Below, one piece after another: positions 18,590 to 27,745 of a stretch of 64,000 bases of DNA (its first letter is position 1; each line of letters begins with the position of its first letter). The stretch is taken from the NCBI RefSeq assembly GCF_021246445.1, contig NZ_JAJQXW010000001.1:1382168-1446167 (forward strand), in the 5' to 3' direction. Made by a program: the position numbers and the translations under genes. This stretch comes from Rhabdothermincola salaria (GTDB taxonomy: Bacteria > Actinomycetota > Acidimicrobiia > Acidimicrobiales > Acidimicrobilacustridaceae). The notes below the pieces were generated by a model that saw only the letters and a program-made list of their open reading frames with translations, did not search any database and was not told the DNA's origin.

Positions 18590-19603
18590 GTGACCCCCGA
18601 CGCCGACGCCGACGACCGTGACGGCGGTCGCCGTGGCGACGTCCTCGACCGGGTCCGACTACGGGCCGAGCAGGTCGCCGCACGCGCCTCCCATGTCCGG
18701 CTGGCGCCTGAGCGCCTCGATGCGTACGCCACCGAGCTCGTCGCTTCGGGCGCGCTGCGCCCGGCCGACCCCGGCTCGGGCCCCTGGGCCGTGGAGCATC
18801 CGCAACCGGAGGCGGCGACCGCGATGGTGCTGGCGCTCGACACCATCAACTTCGGTTCGGGATGGCACCCGGTCGTCCGCAAGCGACCGGGATGCTCTGG
18901 TGCGGTCACCATGGCCACCAACCTGCGCGAGCACGTGGCCCGCCACGGCGACGTGACCGCGGCGTGGCTCGCCGCGCTCGAGCCGGCCGATGCCCACCGG
19001 ATCTTCGATCAACCCCACGACGACGGCCCGGTCCACCAGCTGATGGTCCACTTCGCCACCGCCCTGGCCGAGCTGGGAGTGCTGGTCGAGACCGACTTCG
19101 ACGGATCCTTCGTCGCCCTCGTCGAGTCCGCCGACGGTGCCGCCGCCGGGCTCGTGGATGTGCTGGCCTCGTTGCCCGGCTTCGCCGACGTGTGGACCCA
19201 CGACGGACTCGAGGTGCCGATCCTCAAGCGGGCGCAGCTGGCCGTCGCCGACCTCCACCGCACCTTCGGCGGGGACGGGCCCGGCCGGTTCCACGACGTC
19301 GACCGCCTCACCGCCTTCGCCGACAACCTGGTGCCCCACGTCCTGCGCCTCGACGGGGTCCTGGAGCTCGACGGCGCCCTGGTGGCCCGCATCGAGGCCG
19401 AGGAGCTGCTGGAACCGGGGTCCCGTGAGGAGGTCGAGATCCGCGCCGTGGGCCTCCACGCGGTCGAGGAGCTGCGGCGGGCCCTCGCCGCCCAGGGCCA
19501 CGACGTGGCCAGCTGGCACCTCGACCAGGTGCTGTGGTCACGCGGTGGGGCGCCCCGGTACAAGGCCCACCCGCGCCACCGAGCCCGGAGCACCGCGTAC
19601 TGA
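18590..19603 (+). CDS. Queuosine salvage protein (DUF2419 / QNG1-like Q-nucleotide N-glycosylase)
   Basis: LDTINFGSG, LKRAQL, LTAFADNLVPHVL, EVEIRA, LDQVLW, C-terminal HRARSTAY. Confidence 0.88.
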   Translation: MTPDADADDRDGGRRGDVLDRVRLRAEQVAARASHVRLAPERLDAYATELVASGALRPADPGSGPWAVEHPQPEAATAMVLALDTINFGSGWHPVVRKRPGCSGAVTMATNLREHVARHGDVTAAWLAALEPADAHRIFDQPHDDGPVHQLMVHFATALAELGVLVETDFDGSFVALVESADGAAAGLVDVLASLPGFADVWTHDGLEVPILKRAQLAVADLHRTFGGDGPGRFHDVDRLTAFADNLVPHVLRLDGVLELDGALVARIEAEELLEPGSREEVEIRAVGLHAVEELRRALAAQGHDVASWHLDQVLWSRGGAPRYKAHPRHRARSTAY

Positions 19604-19606
19604 CCC

Positions 19607-19634
19607 CGGTCCGGCACCCCTCGGTGCCGGGCCG
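19607..19634 (+). terminator. Hairpin after the DUF2419 gene
   Basis: CGGTCCGGCACC-CCTC-GGTGCCGGGCCG. Confidence 0.5.
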
Positions 19635-19689
19635 TCGGGACAGAGACCCGTCAGGGTGCGCGGCGCCAGGCCGGTAGGGTCCTGCGCCG

Positions 19690-20298
19690 ATGCTCGATCA
19701 TGTCTTCACCGATGCCATCGGCGCCCTGCGCGACGCTTTCGAGGGGGCACTGCTCGAGCGCCAGGCCTTCGAGGAGCGCTTCCACGTCGACGTGCTCCTC
19801 GGTGACATGACGTGGGAGACCTCGTACGGGCTGCCCGGCGAGGGGCTCCCCCCGCGTGTCCAGGCCGACATCACCCTCGACTGGCCGACGTGGGCCCAGA
19901 CCGCGTACCGGTCGTGGTACATCGGCGAGCCCCTCGACGAGCCCCCGCGCATCGACATCGAGATCGTGCTGCGGGTGCAACGGCTGGCGTCGAGCCCCGA
20001 CCCCAAGGCCCTGCTCGACGTCCTGCCCGAGATGAGCCCCGTCATCGGCCACGACCGCCTCGAGCGCAGCGGGCCCACCATCGAGACGGTGTACCCCGGC
20101 GACCTCGGCGACCCGGAGTTCGCCATCGAGGTGTCCTACGAGGGCACCTACGAGGTCGACGAGGACACCCTCGCCGACGGCGCCCAGCTCGACACCCACC
20201 TGTCCTCGATGGGCGGGTGGATCTCGTCGATCCTGGTCAAGGTGGGCGACATCAAGTGGGACCACCTCCCCCCGCTCGACGACCTCCACGACACCTGA
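19690..20298 (+). CDS. Hypothetical acidic protein, 202 aa
   Basis: Clean high-GC3 codon usage, TAGGGT -10 box just upstream; no family recognised. Confidence 0.8.
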   Translation: MLDHVFTDAIGALRDAFEGALLERQAFEERFHVDVLLGDMTWETSYGLPGEGLPPRVQADITLDWPTWAQTAYRSWYIGEPLDEPPRIDIEIVLRVQRLASSPDPKALLDVLPEMSPVIGHDRLERSGPTIETVYPGDLGDPEFAIEVSYEGTYEVDEDTLADGAQLDTHLSSMGGWISSILVKVGDIKWDHLPPLDDLHDT

Positions 20299-20373
20299 CC
20301 CGCCCGCGGACCTGTCGGGAAACGGCGCCACCCCCCAGCGCCCTTCACCGACAGCTACGCGACTGGGGGGTGA

Positions 20374-21213
20374 TCAGAAGTCGTCGGGGCTCGGGAGCAG
20401 GTCCGGGAACTCGGGGTCGCGGCCCTCGGCCTTGGCGGCGAAGGCCTCCATCATGTCGCCCGGCTGGAACATGCCGGTCTGCCAGGTGGCGATGTACTCG
20501 AGCCCGTCGGCGATGGTGTGGTCCCGCGAGAAGTTCATCGTCTGCTTGGTGCCCCAGATCGCCAGCGGGCTCTTGGCCGCGATCTCCGCGGCGATGTCCA
20601 ACACCCCTGCCACCAACGTCTCGTGGTCGGCGAAGACCTCGTTGACCAGACCGACCTCGGCCGCACGACGGGCCGGCATGCGCCGACCGGTGTAGGCCAG
20701 CTCCCGGGCGATGCCCTCGGGGACCAGCCGGGGCAGCCGCTGGAGGGTACCGACGTCAGCGGTCATCCCGATGTTGATCTCCTGCACGACGAAGAACGCG
20801 TCATCGGTGGCGTAGCGCATGTCGGCCGCGCAGACGAGATCGACACCTCCGCCGATGCACCCGCCCTGCACGGCCACCAGCACCGGGAAGCGGGCCTTCT
20901 CGAACGCCGTGAAGCTGTCCTGCAGCATCAGCGCCGTCTGACGGAGGCGGGCCCGCACCCGCCCGACCTCGCCGCCGTCACCTCCGAGCGCATCACCGGC
21001 GGTGAACACCGAGAGGTCCATGCCGGCGGTGAAGTGCCTCCCGGTGGAGGACAGCACCATGGCCCGCACGTCGCCTCGACCGTCGAGCTCGGCGACGACG
21101 GCCGGGAGCTCCACCCAGAAGGCCCGGTTCATGGTGTTCAGCTCATCCGGCCGGGACAGGCGGACGTGGGCCACCTTGTCAGCGACCTCGACCTCGAAGC
21201 AGGAGTACCCCAT
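20374..21213 (-). CDS. Enoyl-CoA hydratase/isomerase family protein
   Basis: HFTAGMDL, GGCIGGG, ADVGTLQRL. Confidence 0.93.
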   Translation of the reverse strand: MGYSCFEVEVADKVAHVRLSRPDELNTMNRAFWVELPAVVAELDGRGDVRAMVLSSTGRHFTAGMDLSVFTAGDALGGDGGEVGRVRARLRQTALMLQDSFTAFEKARFPVLVAVQGGCIGGGVDLVCAADMRYATDDAFFVVQEINIGMTADVGTLQRLPRLVPEGIARELAYTGRRMPARRAAEVGLVNEVFADHETLVAGVLDIAAEIAAKSPLAIWGTKQTMNFSRDHTIADGLEYIATWQTGMFQPGDMMEAFAAKAEGRDPEFPDLLPSPDDF

Positions 21214-21313
21214 CGCCGAAGGCTACGCCCACGGTCCCCGCCCGGGTCGGCGCTCCGACGCGGCCGGCCGCCGTCGCGGCCGCCCCCACCGACCGCCCGA
21301 CCTCGAGATGCGG

Positions 21314-21889
21314 CTACGGCCCCTCGACCCGAGGGACCGAGGCGACGAGGTTCAGCCCCAGCGCATCGGAGAGGTACTCGGTGAGCAGCTGCCCCCGGAC
21401 GCTGTTGCCGGCTGCGTCCAGCGGCGGCGAGAAGGTGGCCAGACCCCCCCCCTTGCCCGGGGCGACGGTCACGATGCCGCCGCTGACCCCGCTCTTGCCG
21501 GGCAGACCCACGTCGGAGAGCCACTCACCGGACTGCTCGTACAGGCCGGCAGTGGCGAGGACGGCGAGCACCCGCTTGCTGGTGCTCGCCTCGACGACCC
21601 GCTCACCCGACCGGGGGTTGACACCCCCGTTGGCCAACGTCGCCGCCATGGCGGCCAGGTCCTCGGTGGTCACCAGCACCGAGCACTGCCGGGTGTAGGT
21701 GTCCATCGCCTCGTCGGGGTCGGCGTAGAGCCGCCCGTAGCTGTCCATGAGGTGGGCGATGCCCTGGTTGCGCAGGTTGTGGCGGCTCTCGGACTCGTAG
21801 ACCTCCTCGTCGAGGACCAGCGCCCGGCCGGCGAACCGGGACGACCCGTCGAGGACGAACCCCCAACGCTCCTCGGCCGTGGACCCGGG
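21314..21889 (-). pseudogene. glsA: 5'-truncated glutaminase A fragment
   Basis: PGSTAEERW..FAGRALVLDEEVYESE..RNQGIA..YTRQCS..GLPGKSGVSGG..SPPLDAAGNSVRG; N-terminal part with catalytic SxxK absent; no in-frame start at the 5' end. Confidence 0.8.
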
Positions 21890-21904
21890 CCGGAGCCCAT
21901 GGTG

Positions 21905-22921
21905 CTACTCGGAGCCGGCGCGGAGCGAGCGCAGGTCGGCCTCGGGCCGGGCGCCGAGGTGTGAGATGGCCTCGGCCGCGGCGAGAGAGGCCACCCGGCC
22001 GCACTCGGCGAGGTCGGCACCGGCGGCCCACCGAGCCAGGAACCCGGCGGCGTAGAGATCGCCGGCACCGGTGGTGTCGACCACCTCGGCCGGCGCCGCC
22101 GGGATCTCGACGCGGTCGCCGTCGGCGGTGAGGATCACCGAGCCCCGCTCGGAGCGGGTGACGCAGGCGATGGCCACGTGGCCCGCCACCATGGCGGCAG
22201 CCTGCTCGACGTCGTCGACCTCGTACAGCGAGCAGATCTCGGCCTCGTTGGCGAACACGATGTCGACCCGGCCGGCCAGCAGCTCGAGGAACTCGGTGCG
22301 GTGGCGATCGACGCAGAACGCGTCGGACAGGGTGAACGCCACCGGGGTGCCGGCGGCACGCGCCTCGTCCATGGCCAGCCGGATGGCTTCCTTGGCCGAC
22401 GGCTCGTCCCACAGGTAGCCCTCGCAGTACAGGGCCCGGGCCGCATCGAGGCCGAGGCCGGCGACGTCGTGGGGGGTGAGCTGGGCCGACACGCCGAGGT
22501 AGGTGTTCAGCGTGCGCTGGGCATCGGGGGTCACCAGCACCAGGCAGCGGGCCGTGCCCGGCGCCGCCGCGGCACCGGTCACCGGCGCCACGTCGAACGC
22601 CACGCCGGCGGCGCGGATGTCGTGGGCGAAGACCTCGCCGAGCTGGTCGTCGGCGATGCGGCCGACGAAGCGGACCGACCCGCCCAGGGCGGCGATGCCG
22701 GCCGCGGTGTTGGCGGCCGAGCCGCCCGAGATCTCGATGCTCGGGGGCATGTCGGCGTACACGCGATGGGCGACCTCGGTGTCGATGAGCTGCATCGAGC
22801 CCTTGGCCATGGCATGGCGGTCCAGGAACGCATCGTCGGTGTGGGCGAGGACGTCCACGATGGCGTTGCCGATGCACACGACGTCGAGGGCACGGCCGGC
22901 GGGGGGCTGGAGCACGGTCAC
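21905..22921 (-). CDS. PfkB family kinase (adenosine kinase-like)
   Basis: IGNAIVD, GGSAANT, FANEAE, DTTGAGDLYAAGF. Confidence 0.92.
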   Translation of the reverse strand: MTVLQPPAGRALDVVCIGNAIVDVLAHTDDAFLDRHAMAKGSMQLIDTEVAHRVYADMPPSIEISGGSAANTAAGIAALGGSVRFVGRIADDQLGEVFAHDIRAAGVAFDVAPVTGAAAAPGTARCLVLVTPDAQRTLNTYLGVSAQLTPHDVAGLGLDAARALYCEGYLWDEPSAKEAIRLAMDEARAAGTPVAFTLSDAFCVDRHRTEFLELLAGRVDIVFANEAEICSLYEVDDVEQAAAMVAGHVAIACVTRSERGSVILTADGDRVEIPAAPAEVVDTTGAGDLYAAGFLARWAAGADLAECGRVASLAAAEAISHLGARPEADLRSLRAGSE

Positions 22922-22945
22922 GGCGAGCGACCCTACGCTGACGGG
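22922..22945. promoter_or_regulatory. Bidirectional overlapping -10 elements between the kinase and pepN
   Basis: ACCCTA (TAGGGT on -) at 22930-22935 overlaps TACGCT at 22934-22939. Confidence 0.55.
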
Positions 22946-25591
22946 GTGACCGAACGCGAACCCGTCGAGACCCCGTTCCCCGAGCCCGTCTTCGACGACC
23001 CGCCCGTCGTCGACCCCTACCGACTCCCCGAGGGCGTCCGGCCGGTGCGCTACGACCTGCACCTCGAGCCCGACCTGGCGGAGGCCACCTTCACCGGCTC
23101 GTGCGCCACCTCGCTGGTGCTCGACGACGACGCCGCCACCATCACCTGCAACGCGCTCGAGCTGGTGATCGACGAGGCCTGGGTGGAGACCTCCGACGGC
23201 ACGCGGCTCGCGCCCACGGCCGTCACCATGGACGTCGACACCGAACGGGTGAGCTTCGGCTTCGACGAGCCCGTCCCCGCCGGCGACGTCACGTTCCACA
23301 CCCGCTTCCGGGGTCAGCTCAACGACAAGCTCCGTGGCTTCTACCGCTCCACCTTCACCGACGCCGACGGGGCGGAGCAGACGATCGCCACCACCCAGTT
23401 CGAGGCCACCGACGCCCGCCGGGCGTTCCCCTGCTGGGACGAGCCCGCCCACAAGGCCGTCTTCTCCATCACCCTGGTCGTCGACGCCGACCTCTTCGCC
23501 GTCTCGAACGCCGCCCAGGTGTCGCGCACGCCAGTCGAGGGCGACCAGGGCCGCCACGAGGTCCGCTTCGCCGACACGATGGTCATGTCCACCTACCTGG
23601 TGGCCTTCGTCGTGGGGCCCCTCGAGGCCACCGACCCCGTCGACGTCGACGGCACGCCCCTCCGGATCGTGTACCCGAGAGGCAAGGGCCACCTCACCTC
23701 CTACGCCCTGGAGGTGGGGGCGTTCTGCCTGCGCCACTTCACCGACTACTACGGCATCGCCTACCCGGGCGACAAGCTCGACCTCGTCGCCGTGCCCGAC
23801 TTCGCGTTCGGGGCCATGGAGAACCTGGGGTGCGTGACCTTCCGTGAGGTGCTGTTGCTGGTCGATCCCGGCGAGGTGACGCAGGCCGAGCTGTTGAACG
23901 TCACCGACGTCATCAACCACGAGCTGGCCCACATGTGGTTCGGCGACCTCGTCACCATGAAGTGGTGGAACGGCATCTGGCTGAACGAAGCCTTCGCCAC
24001 CTTCATGGAGATGCACGCCACCGACGCCTTCCGCCCCGAGTGGGAGCGCTGGGTGACGTTCGGTCTGGCCCGCTCGGCCGCGTTCGACACCGACTCGCTG
24101 TCGAGCACCCGCCCCATCGAGTATCCGGTGGTGTCACCGGCCGACGCCGAGGGCATGTTCGACATCTTGACCTACGAGAAGGGCGCCGCCGTGGTGCGGA
24201 TGCTCGAGCAGTACCTGGGCGCCGACGCCTTCCGCTCGGGCATCCGCCTCTACCTCCAGCAGCACTCTTACGCCACCACCGAGACCACCGACCTCTGGGA
24301 CGCGCTGGAGGAGGCCACCGGTGAGCCGGTGCGGCGCATCATGGACTCCTGGATCTTCCAGGGCGGCTACCCCCTCATCACCGTCGACCTCCTCGACGAC
24401 GGCGGCACGCTGCGGTTGTCCCAGCACCGCTTCGGCTACGCCGGGGACCTCGGGGAGGGCGACCCCCAGCCCCTGCCCGCCGACGACGACGCCACCCGCT
24501 GGTCGGTGCCGCTGATCTTCACCCAGAAGTCCACCCAGGACGGCGTGGTCACCTTCGAGAAGGTGCTGCTCGAGGGCGACAGCATCGACATCGAGCTGGT
24601 CGAGCCGGTCGAGTGGATCCTGGTCAACACCGAGGGCACCGGCTTCTACCGCGTGCGCTACGCCCCCGACCTGCTCGGCGCCCTCGTCGCCCACGCCCCC
24701 ACCGACCTCTCCCCCATCGAGCGCTACGGCCTGGTCGACGACGCGTGGGCCAGCGTGCTGGCGGCGGAGACCACCGCGGCCGACTTCCTCCACCTCGCCG
24801 AGTCGTTCGCCACCGAGACCGACCTCTCCGTGTGGCAGCGCCTGGTGGGGTGCCTGCACGCCCTCGACCGGCTGGTCGACGAGCCCGAGGACCGCCTGGC
24901 CTTCCAGGAACGGGTCCGCGCCCTCGTCGGTCCCGCGCTCGAACGCCTCGGACCCGAGCCCGGCCAGGACGAACCCGACCGCACCCGTGCCCTGCGCGGC
25001 GTGCTGTTCGAGGCGATGGGCACCATCGGGGCCCACGACCAGACGGTGCTCGACGCGCGGGTCCTCGTCGCGCACCCCGACACCGCCGATCCGGCCATGG
25101 CCGCGGCCGCGGTCAACGTCGTGGCCGCCCACGGCGACGACGCCGACTTCGAGCTGTTCCTCGAGCGCTTCCGAGGCGCCTCCTCTCCCCAGGAGGAGTT
25201 GCGCTACCTCTACGCCCTGGCCGACTTCGACGACCCCGACGTCGTGCGCCGCCTGCTGGCCATGACCCTCGACGAGGTGCGCACCCAGAACGCGCCGCTG
25301 CTCCTGCGTCGGGCCCTCACCAACCGGCACCACGGAGCCCTCGCCTGGTTCTTCGTGGCCGAGGAGTGGACCACCATCAACGACCGCTTGCCGTCCAACT
25401 CGATCGCACGGATGCTCGAGGGCATCCGGTCGCTCTCCGGGCCCGAGATGGCCCCGGCGGTGTTCGCCTTCTTCGAGGACCACACCGTGCCCCAGGGCGA
25501 CAAGATCCTCGCCCAGCACCTCGAGCGGCTCGAGGTCAACGTGGCCCTGCGCGACCGCGAGGCGGCCGCCTTCGCCGGCTCCCTCCGTTGA
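22946..25591 (+). CDS. pepN: M1 family aminopeptidase with ERAP1-like C-terminal domain
   Basis: TQFEATDARRAFPCWDEP, GAMEN, HELAH..WLNE, YEKG. Confidence 0.95.
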   Translation: MTEREPVETPFPEPVFDDPPVVDPYRLPEGVRPVRYDLHLEPDLAEATFTGSCATSLVLDDDAATITCNALELVIDEAWVETSDGTRLAPTAVTMDVDTERVSFGFDEPVPAGDVTFHTRFRGQLNDKLRGFYRSTFTDADGAEQTIATTQFEATDARRAFPCWDEPAHKAVFSITLVVDADLFAVSNAAQVSRTPVEGDQGRHEVRFADTMVMSTYLVAFVVGPLEATDPVDVDGTPLRIVYPRGKGHLTSYALEVGAFCLRHFTDYYGIAYPGDKLDLVAVPDFAFGAMENLGCVTFREVLLLVDPGEVTQAELLNVTDVINHELAHMWFGDLVTMKWWNGIWLNEAFATFMEMHATDAFRPEWERWVTFGLARSAAFDTDSLSSTRPIEYPVVSPADAEGMFDILTYEKGAAVVRMLEQYLGADAFRSGIRLYLQQHSYATTETTDLWDALEEATGEPVRRIMDSWIFQGGYPLITVDLLDDGGTLRLSQHRFGYAGDLGEGDPQPLPADDDATRWSVPLIFTQKSTQDGVVTFEKVLLEGDSIDIELVEPVEWILVNTEGTGFYRVRYAPDLLGALVAHAPTDLSPIERYGLVDDAWASVLAAETTAADFLHLAESFATETDLSVWQRLVGCLHALDRLVDEPEDRLAFQERVRALVGPALERLGPEPGQDEPDRTRALRGVLFEAMGTIGAHDQTVLDARVLVAHPDTADPAMAAAAVNVVAAHGDDADFELFLERFRGASSPQEELRYLYALADFDDPDVVRRLLAMTLDEVRTQNAPLLLRRALTNRHHGALAWFFVAEEWTTINDRLPSNSIARMLEGIRSLSGPEMAPAVFAFFEDHTVPQGDKILAQHLERLEVNVALRDREAAAFAGSLR

Positions 25592-27735
25592 GCGGCCCGG
25601 AGATCTGGCCCGGGGAGGCCTTCCCGCTGGGCGCCACCTTCGACGGCGCCGGCGCCAACTTCTCGCTGTTCTCCGAGGTCGCCGAGCGGGTGTGGTTGTG
25701 CCTCTTCGACGACGACGGGGCCGAGACGTGCCTCGAGCTGCCGGAGATCACCGCGTTCGTGCACCACGGCTACGTGCCCGGCATCCAGCCCGGTCAGCGC
25801 TACGGGTTCCGAGTCGACGCACCGTGGGCGCCCGAGCAGGGCACCCGCGGCAACGTCGACAAGCTGCTCATCGATCCCTACGCCAAGGCCGTCGAGGGCG
25901 GGGTGCGCTGGGCCGAGGCGGTGTTCCCCTACGCCTTCGCCGACGGTCCGGACGGCCCGCCCACGACCTCGGACTCGGGACCGTTCGTGCCCAAGTCGAT
26001 CGTGATCAGCCCCTACTTCGACTGGGCCGACGACCGCCACCCCCGCACGCCGTGGCACGAGACGGTCGTGTACGAGACCCACGTCAAGGGCCTCACCATG
26101 AACCACCCGGACGTGCCCGAGGACCAGCGGGGCACCTACCTCGGGCTGTGCAGCCAGCCCGTGATCGAGCACCTCCGCCACCTCGGGGTCACCGCCGTCG
26201 AGCTCCTGCCGGTCCACCAGTTCGTCCACGACTACCGCCTCGACCAGCTGGGCCTGCGCAACTACTGGGGCTACAACTCCATCGCCTTCCTGGCCCCCCA
26301 CAACGAGTACGCGGTGTACGGCCAGCGGGGCCAACAGGTGCAGGAGTTCAAGCAGATGGTGAAGACCCTGCACCGCGCCGGCATCGAGGTCATCCTCGAC
26401 GTCGTCTACAACCACACCGCCGAGGGCAACGACGGCGGGCCCATGCTGTCGCTGAAGGGCGCCGACAACGCCGCCTACTACCGGCTCGACCCCAACGACC
26501 AACGCCGCTACGTCGACTACACGGGCACCGGGAACAGCATGAACATGCGTCACCCGCACGTGCTGCAGCTCATCATGGACAGCCTGCGCTACTGGGTGAC
26601 GGAGATGCGCGTCGACGGCTTCCGCTTCGACCTGGCCGCCACCCTCGCCCGTGAGCTGCACGACGTCGACAAGCTGTCGGCCTTCTTCGACCTCATCCAG
26701 CAGGATCCCGTCGTCAGCCAGGTGAAGCTGATCGCCGAACCGTGGGACGTCGGTGAGGGCGGCTACCAGGTGGGCAACTTCCCGCCCCTCTGGTCGGAGT
26801 GGAACGGCAAGTACCGCGACGAGATCCGCGACTTCTGGCGAGGGGCGGACCACACCGTCGCCGAGCTGGGCTACCGCCTGACCGGCTCGAGCGACCTCTA
26901 CCAGGACAACGGCCGCACCCCGTCGGCGTCGATCAACTTCGTCACCGCCCACGACGGCTTCACCCTCACCGACCTGGTCTCCTACGAGTGCAAGCACAAC
27001 GACGCCAACGGCGAGGCCAACCGCGACGGCACCGACGACAACCGGTCGTGGAACGGAGGCGTCGAGGGCCCCACCGACGACGAGGCCGTCAACGCCGTGC
27101 GTCGCCGCCAACGGCGCAACATGCTCACCACCCTCCTGCTCTCGCAGGGGGTGCCGATGCTCCTCGGCGGCGACGAGATCGGCCGCACCCAGCACGGCAA
27201 CAACAACGCCTACTGCCAGGACGACGAGCTGTCCTGGTACGACTGGAGCGCCGTCGACGAGGACCTGCTCGAGTTCACCTCCCGACTGATCAACCTCCGC
27301 CACACCCACCGGGTCTTCCGGCGCCGCAAGTTCTTCCAGGGTCAACCGATCATGGACGAGCACATCGACGACATCGGATGGTTCACCCCGGCGGGCACGC
27401 CCATGAGCACGTCGGACTGGCAGACCGGGACCAACCTGTGCGTCGGCGTCTTCCTGAACGGCGAGGCCCTGCCCGGGCGCGGCCCCCGAGGCGAACGCCT
27501 CACCGACGCCAGCTTCTTCGCGGTGTTCAACGCCTGGGACGACACCGTCGAGTTCCGGTTGCCCGACGAGACCTACGGCCCGGTGTGGACGACGGTCCTC
27601 GACACCGCGCACGACGACCCCAACCTGGCGTTCCCGCGCAAAGGCGAGCACCGCTTCATCGCCAGAGCTCCCGTGTCGGTCATCGCCCGGTCGGTCGTGC
27701 TCCTGCGCCGCCTCTCCGACCGGCCGCGGGGGTAG
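25588..27735 (+). CDS. glgX: Glycogen debranching enzyme (isoamylase-type GH13)
   Basis: NYWGY, DVVYNH, DGFRFDLA, AEPWD, FVTAHDGF; TTG start overlapping the pepN stop. Confidence 0.97.
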   Translation: MSGPEIWPGEAFPLGATFDGAGANFSLFSEVAERVWLCLFDDDGAETCLELPEITAFVHHGYVPGIQPGQRYGFRVDAPWAPEQGTRGNVDKLLIDPYAKAVEGGVRWAEAVFPYAFADGPDGPPTTSDSGPFVPKSIVISPYFDWADDRHPRTPWHETVVYETHVKGLTMNHPDVPEDQRGTYLGLCSQPVIEHLRHLGVTAVELLPVHQFVHDYRLDQLGLRNYWGYNSIAFLAPHNEYAVYGQRGQQVQEFKQMVKTLHRAGIEVILDVVYNHTAEGNDGGPMLSLKGADNAAYYRLDPNDQRRYVDYTGTGNSMNMRHPHVLQLIMDSLRYWVTEMRVDGFRFDLAATLARELHDVDKLSAFFDLIQQDPVVSQVKLIAEPWDVGEGGYQVGNFPPLWSEWNGKYRDEIRDFWRGADHTVAELGYRLTGSSDLYQDNGRTPSASINFVTAHDGFTLTDLVSYECKHNDANGEANRDGTDDNRSWNGGVEGPTDDEAVNAVRRRQRRNMLTTLLLSQGVPMLLGGDEIGRTQHGNNNAYCQDDELSWYDWSAVDEDLLEFTSRLINLRHTHRVFRRRKFFQGQPIMDEHIDDIGWFTPAGTPMSTSDWQTGTNLCVGVFLNGEALPGRGPRGERLTDASFFAVFNAWDDTVEFRLPDETYGPVWTTVLDTAHDDPNLAFPRKGEHRFIARAPVSVIARSVVLLRRLSDRPRG

Positions 27736-27745
27736 GAGCGCCTCC

